Below are positions 22,001 through 33,755 of a stretch of 64,000 nucleotides of DNA, piece after piece. Within the stretch, counting starts at the first letter, position 1. Every line of letters starts with the position of its first letter. The notes below the pieces were generated by a model. It was not told the DNA's origin and ran no database searches. It worked only from the letters and a program-made list of their open reading frames with translations. Where the stretch lies: assembly GCF_902713615.1 (NCBI RefSeq), contig NW_024055482.1, positions 124,001-188,000 on the forward strand. Reading direction: 5' to 3'. The translations under genes and the position numbers were made by a program. This DNA comes from Scyliorhinus canicula. Lineage: Eukaryota.

Positions 22001-25000
22001 CCCCTTCCCCCCCCCCGCTCTCTGCCCCTTCCCCCCCTCTCTGCCCCTTCCCCCCCCCTCTGCCCCTCCTTCCCCCCCCCCCCTCTGCCCCTCCCCCCTC
22101 TCTGCCCCTCCCCCCCCTCTCTGCCCCTTCCCCTCCCCCTCTCTGCCCCTTCCCCCCCTCTCTGCCCCTCCCCCCCCCTCCTGCCCCTTCCCCCCTCCTC
22201 TCTGCCCCTTCCCCCCTCCTCTCTGCCCTTCCCCCCCCCTCTGCCCCTTCCCCCCCCCCCGTCTCTGCCCCTTCCCCCCCCCCTCTGCCCCTTCCCCCCC
22301 CCCCTCTGCCCCTTCCCCCCCCCCCGTTCTCTGCCCCTCCCCCCGCGCTCTCTGCCCCTCCCCCCCCCGCTCTCTGCCCCTTCCCCCCCCCCCCGCCCTC
22401 TCTGCCCCTTCCCCCCCCCCCGCTCTCTGTCCCTCCCCCCCACCCCCCCCACCCGCGCCCTGCCCCTCCCCCCCGCACTCTGCCCCTCCCCCCCCTCCCC
22501 GCTCTTTGCCCCTTCCCCCCCCCCGGCTCTCTGCCCCATCCCTCCCTCCGCTCCCCCCCCCCCGGTTCTCTGCCCCCACCCGGCCTCTGCCCCCCGGCTC
22601 TCTGCCCCTACCCCTCCCCGGCTCTCTGCCCCTCCCCCCCCCCCCAGCTCTCTGCACCTTCCCCCCCGGCTCTCTGCCCCTTCCCCCCACGGCTCTCTGC
22701 CACTTCCCCCCCCCCCCCACCCCGGCTCTCTGACACTTCCCCTTCCCCTCTCTGCCCCTTCCCCACCCCCGCTCTCTGCCCCTTCCCCACCCCCGCTCTC
22801 TGCTCCTTCCCCACCCCGCTCTCTGCCCCTTCCCCCCCTCCCTCTCTGCCCCTTCCCCCCCCTCTCCCCCTCCCCCCCCCCCTCTCTGCCCCTTCCCCCC
22901 CCCTCTCTGCCCCTTCCCCCTCCCCCCCTCTCTGCCCCTTCCCCCCTCTCTGCCCCTCCCCCCCTCTCCCCTCCCCCCCTCTGCCCCTCCCCCCCCTCTC
23001 TGCCCCTTCCCCCCCCTCTCTGCCCCTTCCCCCCCCTCTCTGCCCCTTCCCCCCTCCTCTCTGCCCCTTCCCCCCCGCTCTGCCTTCCCCCCCGCTCTCT
23101 GCCCCTTCCCCCCACCCCGCTCTCTGCCCCTTCCCCCCCGCTCTCTGCCCCTTCCCCCCCGCTCTCTGCCCCTTCCCCCCCCCGCTCTCTCCTCTCCCTC
23201 CCCCCCCCCCGCTCTCTGCCCCTTCCCCCCCCCCGCTCTCTGCCCCTTCCCCCCCCCCTCTCTGCCCCTCCCCCCCCCCTCTCTGCCCCTTCCCCCCCTC
23301 CCTCTCTGCCCCTTCCCCCCCTCCCTCTCTGCCCCTTCCCCCCCCCTCTCTGCCCCTTCCCCCCCCCCGCTCCTGCCCCTTCCCCCCCCCCCGCTCTCTG
23401 CCCCTTCCCCCCCCGCTCTCTGCCCCTCCCCCCCCCCTCTCTGCCCCTCCCCCCGCTCTCTCTGCCCCTCCCCCCCCACGCTCTGCCCCCCCCCCCCGCT
23501 CTCTGCCCCTCCCCCCCCGCTCTCTGCCCCTCCCCTCGCGCTCTCTGCCCCTCCCCTCGCGCTCTCTGCCCCTCCCCACACCCCCCCGCTCTCTGGCCCC
23601 TTCCCCCCCCGGTCTCTGCCCCCTTCGCCCCCGGCTCTCTGCTCCTCCCCCCCCCCCGCTCCGTGCCCTTTCCCTCGGCTCTCTGCCCCTCCCCCCCCCG
23701 GCTCTCTGACCCTTCTCCCCCCCCCCCCCCCCGGCTCTCTGCCTCTTCCCCTCTCCACCCCCCCCCCCCGCTCTCTGCCTCTTCCCCCCCCCCCCCCCGG
23801 CTCTCTGGCCCCATCCCCCCCCCCGCTCTCTGCCCCTTCCCCTCCCCCCCCCCCCCACCCGCTCTCTGCCTCCCCCCCCCCCCCGGCTCTCTGCACCTCC
23901 CGCCCCGGCTCTCTGCACCTCCCCCCCCCCGATCCCTGCCCCCTTCCCCCCCCCTCTCTGCCCCTTCCCCTCCCCCACCCCCCCCCCCCTTTCTGCCCCT
24001 TCCCCTCCCCCACCCCCCACCCGCTCTCTGCCTCCCCCCCCCCGGCTCTCTGCACCTCCCCCCCATCCCTGCCCCTCCCCCCCCCCCCCGGCTCTCTGCC
24101 CCTTTCCCCCCCCCCCCGCTCTCTGCCCCTCCCCCCGGCTCTCTGCCCCCCCCCAGGCTCTCTGCCCCCCCCCCAGGCTCTCTGCCCCTTCCCCCGCTCC
24201 GGCTCTCTGCCCCTTCCCCTCCCCCCCCGCTCTCTGCCCCTTCCCCCCCCCCCGCTCTCTGTCCCTTCCCCCCCCCGGCTCTCTGCCCCCCCCTCCCTGC
24301 GCCTTCCCCCCCCCCGCTCCCTGCCCCTTCCCCCCCCGTTCCCTACCCCCCCCCGGCTCTCTGCCCCTTCCCCCCCCCCCCCCGCTCTCTGCCCCTCCCC
24401 CCCCCCCCGGCTCTCTGCCCCCCCCCCCCCAGGCTCTCTGCCCCTACCCGCCCCCCGGCTCTCTGCCCTTCCCCCCCCCGGCTCTCTGCCCATTCCCCCC
24501 CCCCCGGCTGGGCTCTCTGCCCCTCCCCCCCCGGCTCTCTGCCCTTCCCCCCCGGCTCTCTGCCCCTCCCCCCGGCTCTCTGCCCCTTCCCCCCCCCCCG
24601 GCTCTCTGCCCCTTCCACCCCCCCCCCCGGCTCTCTGCCCCTCCCCCCCCTCTCTGTCCCTTCCCCCCACCCCCCCCGGCTCCCTGCCCCTCCCCCCCCC
24701 CCGGCTCTCTGCCCCTCCCCGCCCGGCTCTCTGCCCCTTTCCCCAGCTCTCCTCCCCTTCCCCCCCCCCCTCCCCGCTCTCTGCCCCTCCCCCCCCGGTT
24801 CTCTGCCCCTTCCCCCCCGGCTCTCTGCTCCTCCCCCCCCACCCGGCTCCGTGCCCTTTCCTCGGCTCTCTGCCCCTTCTCCCCCCCCCCCCCGCTCTCT
24901 GCCACTTCCCCCCCCCCCTCCCTGCGCCTTCCCCCCCCCCCGCTCCCTGCCCCTTCCCCCCCCGTTCCCTGCCCCTCCCCCCCGGCTCCCTGCCCCTCCC

Positions 25001-25170
25001 CCCCGGCTCTCTGCCCCTTCCCCCCCGCTCTCTGCGCATTGCCCCGGCTCTCTGCTCCTTCCCCGGGCAATCCATGATTCTTTCCAGCTTTCTGGTATTT
25101 TCTACGGCTCTCTGTACGTTCCCCTGCATCTCTGCCCTTTCGCCGCATCTATGTGCTTTCCCCCAGACTC
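19085..25170 (-). repeat. ~6 kb C-rich(+)/G-rich(-) minisatellite, unit ~20-25 nt (minus strand GGGGGGGAAGGGGCAGAGAG)
   Basis: CTCTCTGCCCCTTCCCCCCC repeated hundreds of times; extreme strand skew; homopolymer lengths may be sequencing-limited. Confidence 0.95.
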
Positions 25171-25584
25171 TGGGCGCGATGCTCCGCACTCACAACGGGT
25201 CGGAGAATAGCGGGCGGCACAAATTTTTACGGCGACGCTGGTCCGACGCCCTCCCTCTATTCCCCCCACCCCCCCACCCCCCAACACGATCGCGGGCAGC
25301 GGGTACTTAACCCGCGCACTCTTTGTTACTCCGCCTCCCGGCTGGATCAGTCCGCGGGGCGCTGAGGGGCATAACGGTCCACGCATGCGCGGTTTTCACG
25401 CATATGTGTCGCTAACTTTGGCGCGCGGGCTTAGCGAAATTCGTTAAGCCTGCGATGCCGGAGTTCACGGGGCCGCGATGCTAGCCCTGACCGGCGGGGG
25501 GGGGGGGGGGGGGGTGAATCGGGTCCTGGTAACGGGCGTTAAGGCTTCCGTGAAACACGGAGCATTTGCAGAGAATCGCGCCCA
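25171..25584. mobile_element. CpG-rich non-autonomous TIR element (MITE-like)
   Basis: TGGGCGCGATGCTC (25171-25184) and GAGAATCGCGCCCA (25571-25584) are 13/14 inverted repeats; internal CGCATGCG palindrome at 25382-25389; no clear TSD. Confidence 0.75.
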
Positions 25585-25719
25585 TTATCTTTTCGCCGCC
25601 TCTTTGTCTTCTCCCCGCCCCAGCGCTTTCTCTTGGCTCCGGCGCCTTTCCCTGGCTCTCGCCACTCCCGTGGTATGATCCACATTCGCTCCCTTGCCCA
25701 TTTCCTGAGCAGATTGAGA

Positions 25720-28700
25720 GAGGAGAGTGACTAACTGAGAGAGGGTAGGAGAGTGAGTGCGGGTGAGTGAGTAACTGAGTGAGGGGAGGAGAGTGAGTGC
25801 GGGTGAGTGAGTAACTGAGTGAGGGTAGGTGTGTGAGTGCGGGTGAGTGACTAACTGAGAGAGGGTAGGAGAGTCAGTGTGGGTGAGTGAGTAACTGAGT
25901 GAGGGTAGGAGAGTGAGTGTGAGTGAGGGGGTGTGAGTGAGGTTGTGCGAGTGAAGGGAGTGAGTGAGTGTGTGTGAGTCAGTGAGGGTGTGTGAGTGAG
26001 GGGGTGTGAGTGAGCTTGTGTGAGTGAGGAGAGTGAATCAGGGTGTGTGAGTGAGTGAGGGTGTGAGTGAGTGAGGGTGTTAGGGTGGATGAATCAGGGT
26101 GTATGAGTGAGGAGAGTGAGTGAGTGAGGGTGTGAGGGTGTTAGGGTGGGGGATCAGGGTCTGTGAGTGAGGGTGGGGGAATCAGGTTGTGTGAGTGAGA
26201 GTGTGTGAGTGAGGGTGTGTGAGTCAGTGAGGGTGTGTGAGTGAGGGTGTGTGAGTGAGGGTGTGTGAGTCAGTGAGGGTGTGTGAGTGAGGGGGTGTGA
26301 GTGAGGTGTGTGAGTCTGAGGGTGCGTGAGTGAGGGTGTGTGAGTGAGGGTGTGTGAGTCAGTGAGGGTGTGTGAGTGAGGGGGTGTGAGTGAGGTTGTG
26401 TGAGTGAGGGGAGTGGGTGAGCGAGTGTGTGTGAGTCAGTGAGGGTGTGTGAGTGAGGGGGTGTGAGTGAGTGAGGGTGTTACGTGGATGAATCAGGGTG
26501 TGTGAGTGAGGGGAGTAAGTCAGTGAGGGTGTTAGGGTGGGGGAATCAGGGTGTGTGAGTGAGGGGAGTGAGTGAGTGTGTGTGAGTCAGTGAGGGTGTG
26601 TGAGTGAGGGGGTGTGAGTGAGCTTGTGTGAGTGAGGAGAGTGAGTGAGGGTGTGTGTGTGAGTGAGTGTGTGAGTGAGGGGAGTAAGTGAGTGTGTGTG
26701 AGTCAGTGAGAGGGTGTGAGTGAGGTTGTGTGAGTGAGAGTGTGTGAGTGAGGGTGTGTGAGTGAGGGTGTGTGAGTGAGGGTGTGTGAGTGAGGGTGTG
26801 TGAGTGAGGGTGTGTGAGTGAGGGTGTGTGAGTGAGGGTGTGTGAGTGAGGGTGTGTGAGTGAGGGTGTGTGAGTGAGTGAGGGTGGATGGGTGATTAAG
26901 TGAGGGTGAGTGAGGATGGGTTATTGGTTGAGCTGAGAGATTGAATGAGGATGAGTGAGGGTAGGTGTATGAGGCTGAGTGAGGGTCGGTGAGTGGGTGG
27001 GTTAATGAATGAAGACGAGTGAGGGTCGGTAGGTGAGTGAATGTGGCTGAGAGAATGAGGATGGGTGAGTAAATAAGGTTGGGCGAGCGAGGAAGAGTGA
27101 GTGAGGGTGTGTGGGTGAGTGAGGATGAATGAGGGTGGGTGATGAGGGTTGTGTGAAGGTGTGTGACTGAGGGTGAATGAGTGAGGGTGACTGAGTGAGG
27201 TTGTGTGAATGAGGGTTAGTGAGGATGTGTGAGGGTGGGTGTGTGAGGCTGAGTGAGTGAGGGTGGGTGAGTGAATCAGTGTCAGTAACTAAGATGGAAT
27301 GAGGGTGTGTGAATGAATGCGGCTGAATGAGAGTGGGCAATTTATGTTGGGCTAGCAAGTGTGAGTCAATGAGTGTGAGAGAGTGATGGTGAGTGAGGGT
27401 ATTATAGTCAGTGAGGGTGTTATAGTGAGTGAGGTTTGTTGAGTGAGTGAGGTTGTGTGAGTGAGGAGAGTGAGTGTATGTGAGTCAGTGAGGGTGTATG
27501 AGTGAGGGGGTGTGAGTGAAGTTGTGTGAGTGAGGAGAGTGAGTGAGGGTGTGTGAGTGAGTGGGGCGTGAGTGAGTGAGGGTGTTAGGGTGGGGGAATC
27601 GGGGTGTGTGTGTGAGGGTGTTAGCGTGGGTTAATGAGGGTGTGTGAGTGTGGGGGTGTGAGTGAGGGTGTTAGGGTGGGTGAATCAGGGTTTGTGAGTG
27701 AGGGTGTGTGTATGAGGGAGTCTGAGTGAGGGTCAGTGAGGGTGGGTGAGTGAGGGTGTGTGAGTGAATGTGAGTGAGTGAGGGTGAGTGAGGGACAGTA
27801 GGTGAGTGAGGGAGATGCAGGGAGTGTCATGAGTGTGTGTGAGTGAGTGTGTGTGAGTGAGGATGTGTGAATGAGTGTGAGTGAGTGAGGCTGGGTGAGT
27901 GAGGCTGGATGAGTGAGGGTGGGTGAGTTAGTGAGGCTGGGTGAGTGAGGGTGGATGAGTGAGGGTGGGTGTGTTAGTGAGGGTGTGTGAGTGAGCGAGG
28001 GTGGGTGAGTGAGCGAGGGTGGGTGAGGGTGGATGAGTGAGGGTGGCTGAGTGAGGGTGGATGAGTGAGGGTGGACGAGTGAGGGTGGACGAGTGAGGGA
28101 GTGGTGGATGAGGGAGAGTAGGTGAATGTGGGAGGTTCAGGGAGTGGATGAGTGCGCGTGAATGAGGGTGTGCGAGTGAGGGTGTGTGAGTGAGGATGTG
28201 CGAGTGAGGGTGTGTGAGTGAGGGTGTGTGAGTGAGGGTGTGTGAGTGAGGGTGTGTGAGTGAGGGTGTGTGAGTGAGTGTGTGTGAGTGAGGGTGTGTG
28301 AGTGAGGGTGTGTGAGTGAGGCTGTGTGAGTGAGGGTGTGTGAGTGAGGCTGTGTGAGTGAGGCTGTGTGAGTGAGGGTGTGTGAGTGAGACTGTGTGAG
28401 TGAGGTTGTGTGAGTGAGGCTGTGTGAGTGAGGGTGGGTGAGTGAGGCTGTGTGAGTGAGGGTGTGTGAGTGAGGGTGTGTGAGTGAGGGTGGGTGAGTG
28501 AGGGTGGGTGGGTGGGTGAGTGAGGGTGGGTGAGTGAGGGTGGGTGAGTGAGGGTGTGTGAGTGAGTGAGGGTGAGTGAGGGACAGTAGGTGAGTGAGGG
28601 AGATGCAGGGAGTGTCATGAGTGTGTGTGAGTGAGTGTGTGTGAGTGAGGATGTGTGAATGAGTGTGAGTGAGTGAGGCTGGGTGAGTGAGGCTGGATGA

Positions 28701-29785
28701 GTGAGGGTGGGTGAGTTAGTGAGGCTGGGTGAGTGAGGGTGGATGAGTGAGGGTGGGTGTGTTAGTGAGGGTGTGTGAGTGAGCGAGGGTGGGTGAGTGA
28801 GCGAGGGTGGGTGAGGGTGGATGAGTGAGGGTGGCTGAGTGAGGGTGGATGAGTGAGGGTGGACGAGTGAGGGAGTGGTGGGTGAGGGAGAGTAGGTGAA
28901 TGTGGGAGGTTCAGGGGGTGGATGAGTGCGCGTGAGTGAGGGTGTGTGAGTGAGGGTGTGTGAGTGAGGGTGTGTGAGTGAGGGTGGGTGAGTGAGGGTG
29001 GATGGGTGAGGGTCGGTGAGTGAGGGTGGGTGAGTGAGGGTGTGTGAGTGAGGCTGTGTGAGTGAGGCTGTGTGAGTGAGGCTGTGTGAGTGAGGATGTG
29101 TGAGTGAGGCTGTGTGAGTGAGTCTGGGTGAGTGAGGGTGGGTGAGTGAAGGTGGGTGAGTGAGGGTGTGTGAGTGAGGGTGGGTGAGTGAGGCTGTGTG
29201 AGTGAGGGTTGGTGAGTGAGGGTGTGTGAGTGAGGGTGTGTGAGTGAGGGTGTGTGAGTGAGGGTGGATGAGTGAGGGTGGGAGAGTGAGCGAGGGTGGG
29301 AGAGTGAGCGAGGGTGGGTGAGTGAGCGAGGGTGAGTGAGGGTGGATGAGTGAGGGTGGCTGAGTGAGGGTGGATGAATTAGTGAAGGTGCTTGAGTGAG
29401 GGAGTGGTGGGTGTGGGAGAGTAGGTGAATGTGGGAGATTCAGGGGGTGGTGAGTGCGTGTGAGTGAGGATGTGCGAGTGAGGGTGTGTGAGTGAGGGTG
29501 TGTGAGTGAGGATGTGCGAGTGAGGGTGTGTGAGTGAGGGTGGGTGAGTGAGGATGTGCGAGTGAGGGTGTGTGAGTGAGGGTGTGTGAGTGAGGGTGTG
29601 TGAGTGAGGGTGGGTGTGAGGGTGTGGTAGTGAGAGTCGGTGAGTGAGGGAGATTCAGGGAGGGTGGTGAGTTTGTGTGAGTGAGTGTGTGTGAGTGAGG
29701 ATGTGTGAGTGAGGGTGGATGAGTGAGGATGTGTGAGTGAGGGTGGAGTAGTGAGGGTGTGGGCGTGACTGAGGTTGAGTGAGTG
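25720..29785 (+). repeat. ~4 kb GT-rich satellite (GTGAGTGAGGGTGT-type, ~14 nt) with higher-order internal duplications
   Basis: Dense tandem units; block GGGACAGTAGGTGAGTGAGGGAGATGCAGGGAGTGTCATG at ~27790 and ~28580. Confidence 0.95.
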
Positions 29786-29986
29786 AGGGCGAGTGACCGT
29801 GATGATCATTCCCAGATACTCCCAGCCCATTTGGACGATGTTTCCCTGGATGAGGTTCCGCTCAGGCTCAGCTTCCTGTTGCCTGTTGTCCACAGCCGAG
29901 CTGGGGGCTCGTCCATTCGGCCCCACCACCCCCACCTCCTACTCTTCCTCTCCATCCATCCTGTCCTGATTCTCCACATTGATCAG

Positions 29987-30245
29987 CTTTCAGTAACACC
30001 GGCTGTGTACAGTCAGACAGCAGTGTAGATCACTGGGCAGCTGCTTTAATACTTTCAGTAACACGGGCTGTGTAAAGTCAGACAGCAGTGTAGCTCACTG
30101 GGCAGCTGCTTTAATACTTTCAGTAACACGGGCTGTGTATAGTCAGACAGCAGTGTAGATCACTGGGCAGCTGCTTTAATACTTTCAGTAACACGGGCTG
30201 TGTACAGTCAGACAGCAGTGTAGACCACTGGGCAGCTGCTTTAAT
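29987..30245. repeat. 4 x 65-bp tandem array, each unit with a GCAGCTG E-box
   Basis: Unit starts at 29987, 30052, 30117 and 30182; near-identical units. Confidence 0.95.
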
Positions 30246-30363
30246 GTCGGTGTGATTTCATTTTGCCAAAACAATTCGGAACTGGAACAATGAACATTCC
30301 TGTAACTTAATAGATTTACATTTTGAAAATGGCAATTTCAGGCTGTAAAATTATTGTCAAATT

Positions 30364-30700
30364 ATAGAACATAGAACAGTACAGCACAGAACAGGCCCTT
30401 CATGTTGTGCCGAGCCATGATCACCCTACTCAAACCCACGTATCCACCCTATACCCGTAACCCAACAACCCCCTCCTTAACCTTACTTTAATTAGGACAC
30501 TACGGGCAATTTAGCATGGCCAATCCACCTAACCCGCACATCTTTGGACTGTGGGAGGAAACCGGAGCACCCGGAGGAAACCCACGCACACAGGGGGAGG
30601 ACGTGCAGACTCCACACAGACAGTGACCCAGCCGGGAATCGAACCTGGGATCCTGGAGCTGTGAAGCATTTATGCTAACCACCATGCTACCCTGCTGCCC
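30364..30700 (-). mobile_element. Young tRNA-derived SINE with (CATAGAA)n tail
   Basis: Near-consensus core and GGGCAGCAGGGTAGCATGGTGGTTAGC head. Confidence 0.9.
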
Positions 30701-31930
30701 TATGTCAGAGTGTTTTCTTCATTCTTGTGATGTAGAAGTCTCTGGCTGTGCCAGCATTTACTTCCCACCTCTCATTGCCCTTGAGAAGGTGGTGGTGAGC
30801 TTCATTCTTCTACCACTGCAGTCTATGTGGTGTTTGGGAGGCAGCACCAGAATTTTGAATCATGGACAGTGAAGGAACAGTGTGATATTTTGAGGTCACG
30901 ATAGTGAGAGGCTGGATGGAGAAATTCCAGTTGGTGATGTTCCAATGTGTCTGCTGTCCTTGTCCAGATGGCAGCTGTTGTGAGTTTTGAAGGTGCTGCC
31001 TAAGGAGCCATGACGAGTTTCTGCAGAGCATGTTGTAGGTGGTAAACACTGATGCGACTGTTCCTCAGTGGTGGAGGGAGGGAGTGGTGGTCGATGGTGT
31101 GACAATTAAGCGGGCTACTTCTGTGTCGTTGGAGTTGCATTCATTCAGACAAGTGGAGAGCATTCCATTACACACTTGAATCGTGCCTTGCAGATGGTGG
31201 CCATGATATGGAGCTGCCGGCGTTGGACTGGGGTGAGCACAGTAAGAAGTCTCACTCAGGTGACTCACCTGATGAAGGAGCTGCGCTCCGAAAGCTAGGG
31301 GTTCCAAACAAACCTGTTGGACTTTAACCTGGTGTTGCAGATGGTGGACAGGATTTGGGGCATCAGGAGGTGTTTTTGATGCAGAATTCCGAGTCTCTGA
31401 CCTGTTGTCACAGCCACACAGTGTATATGGTTGGTCCAGTTCAGTTTCTGGTCAATGGTCAGCAGGGGATTCAGCGATGGTAATTCCATTGAATGGCATT
31501 GGGGTGATCGTTCGATCTTCGCTTCTTTGAGATGTCCATTGCGTGCACTTGTCTGGTATGAATGTTACTTTCCCCTTGTCAGCCCAAGCCTGGATATAGT
31601 CCAGATCTTGCTGCATTTAGCAATGGACTGCTTCAGTAACTGCGGAGTCGTGAATGGTGCTGAACATCGTGCAATGATCAGCCAAAATCCCCACCTGACT
31701 TTTGGAAGGTCATTGCTGAAGCAGCTAAAGATGGTGGGGCCGACACTGAGGAACCCCTGCGGTGATGTCCTGGAACTGAGGTGATTGACCTCCAAAAACC
31801 GAAACCATCTTCCTTTCCGCTCGGTATGACTCAAACCAGCGGGGAATTTCCCCCCGATTCCCATTGACTCCAGTTTTTTTTGGGCTCCTTGATGCAACAC
31901 TGGTTCAAATGTTGCCTTGACGTCACGAAC
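30700..31930 (-). mobile_element. Old CR1/L2-type LINE fragments with a short inserted element at 31201-31334
   Basis: Decayed RT motifs (GPTIFSCF.NDLP, IDQKLNWT.HI). The insert is flanked by TSD TTGCAGATGGTGG (31188-31200, 31335-31347). Confidence 0.7.
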
Positions 31931-33755
31931 AGTCACTCTCAGCTGTCCGTGTGTTCTTGTATGTGTGTCCCTGTGTGCGTGTTCCTAGGTGTTAATTGTG
32001 TATGTGTGTGTGAGCGTGTGTCCGTTCCCGTGTGTGTGTATCCCTCTGTATCCCTGTGTACGTGTTCCTCGGTGTTCATTTTGTCTGTGAGCGTGTGTGT
32101 CTGTTCCTGTTTGTGTGCTGCTGTGAAATGAAAATGAAATGAAAAGCACTTATTGTCACGAGTAGGCTTCAAATGAAGTTACTGTGAAAAGCCCCTAGTC
32201 GCCACATTCCGGCGCCTGTTCGGGGAGGCTGTTACGGGAATCGAACCGTGCTGCTGGCCTGCTTGCAAAGCCAGTGATTTAGCCCTGTGCTAAACAGCCC
32301 CTAACAGTGTGTGTGTGTGTTTTCTTGCTTGTGTGTATGTTGCTGTGTTGCGTCTCTGAGTGTAAGTGTTTGTGAACATATGTGTGTGTTCCTGTGTGTC
32401 TCTTTGTGTGTGTTCCTCTGTGTGTGTGAGAGAGAGACAGAGTACGTGTATGTATGTGAGATAGGTGTTAGAGGGATAATAAAATAATGTGCAAGGGAGA
32501 GTTTCTGTGTGAATGTGTGTGAGGGGATGTGTGTGTGAGATTTTGTGTGTGAGTGAGAGAGGCAATGTGTGTGAGAGTGTGTGGAAATGGGAGATTGTGT
32601 GCGTGAGTTCGAGATAGGGTGTGTATGATTGTGTGTGAGAGAGATGAGAGAGCATGTGGGTGTGTACCTAAGACAGTGAGAGAGAGACCACGTGTGTCAG
32701 AGAGAGACAGAATGTGGGGGCGCGTTTGTGTGTTTCTGAAAACGGATGATAGAGTATGCCAAATAACATGTGTGTTTGAGTGAAAGAAAATGAGTTTACG
32801 AGATATGTATGTACTATTGTTTGTGTGAGAGAAATAAGTGCTTGTGTGAGTATGTGTGTGTTTGTGTATGAGAGTGTTCATGTGCGAAAGAGAGAGATTG
32901 TGTGAGAGAGACACGGGACACAGTGTGCAAGAGAGAGAGAGCAGGTGAGAGAATGTATGTGTGTGACAGGGTGCGTGTGTGTGTCTGTGGGAGTGTTTGT
33001 GAGAGAAAGGGAGAGAGATAGTATGTTTGAGATTGTGTGTGTGAAAGAAGGAATGATTCTGTTTGAAGAGGATTATGGATGTGAGACTGTGAGAGAGATC
33101 TGTGTGTCTGAGATAGTGTGTCGGTGATAGAGAGGGAGTGTGTGAGAGAAAGAATGTGCGTATGAGAGTGTGTGTATCAGAGAGAGAGGGAATGTGAGAG
33201 AGAGTGTGAGATACTGCATGCCTGAAAGAGAGAGATAGATTGTTTGCCAGAGAGAGAGAATGAGACAGTGTCCACGAGAGAGAGAGAGAGAGGGCATGTG
33301 CCAGGGTGCACGTGTGAGAGTGCGTGAGAGCGAGAGAATGAGAGGATAATAATATGTTGGCGAGTTTGTGTGCGCCTGAGATATTGTGTATGTGTATATA
33401 GGAGGGAATGTGTGTGAGAGAGAGCATGAAAGAGAAAATGCGGTGTTTGAAGAGCGATTCTGCATGTGTGTGAGGGAGAGAGAGGGTCTGTGTGTTTGAG
33501 CGTGGGTGTGAGAGAGGTAAGGTGAATCAGAGAGATTTGGTGAAAGAGAGTGCGTGTGAGTGAGAGCGCGTGTGAGCGAATGTGTGTGCGAGAGAGGCAG
33601 ATCGTCACAGTGTGTCTGAGAGTGAGACTGTGAGAGAGTCATTGTGTGTTACGCACAGTGTGTATGTTTGAAAGAAGTATTGTGATTATGTGTGTGAGAG
33701 AATGAGTTTGTGTGAGGATGCGAGACAATGTGTGTGAGAGAGTGAGAGTGTGTAT
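31930..33755. repeat. TG/GA low-complexity tract containing a SINE (~32123-32301, minus)
   Basis: Degenerate (TG)n/(GA)n; AGTCGCCACATTCCGG-family SINE. Confidence 0.85.

Noticed and set aside
19105-25210. Very long Pro-rich and Gly/Arg-rich ORFs (up to 1534 aa)
   Set aside because: They arise in several frames on both strands of a stop-poor minisatellite; there is no domain structure or credible start context
27974-29935. 653-aa His/Thr/Pro-rich ORF
   Set aside because: It is a translation of the GT-rich satellite
29790-29985. Short unique-looking segment ending ...WEYLGMII on the minus strand
   Set aside because: It contains stops and at best resembles a decayed LINE RT fragment; too weak to call
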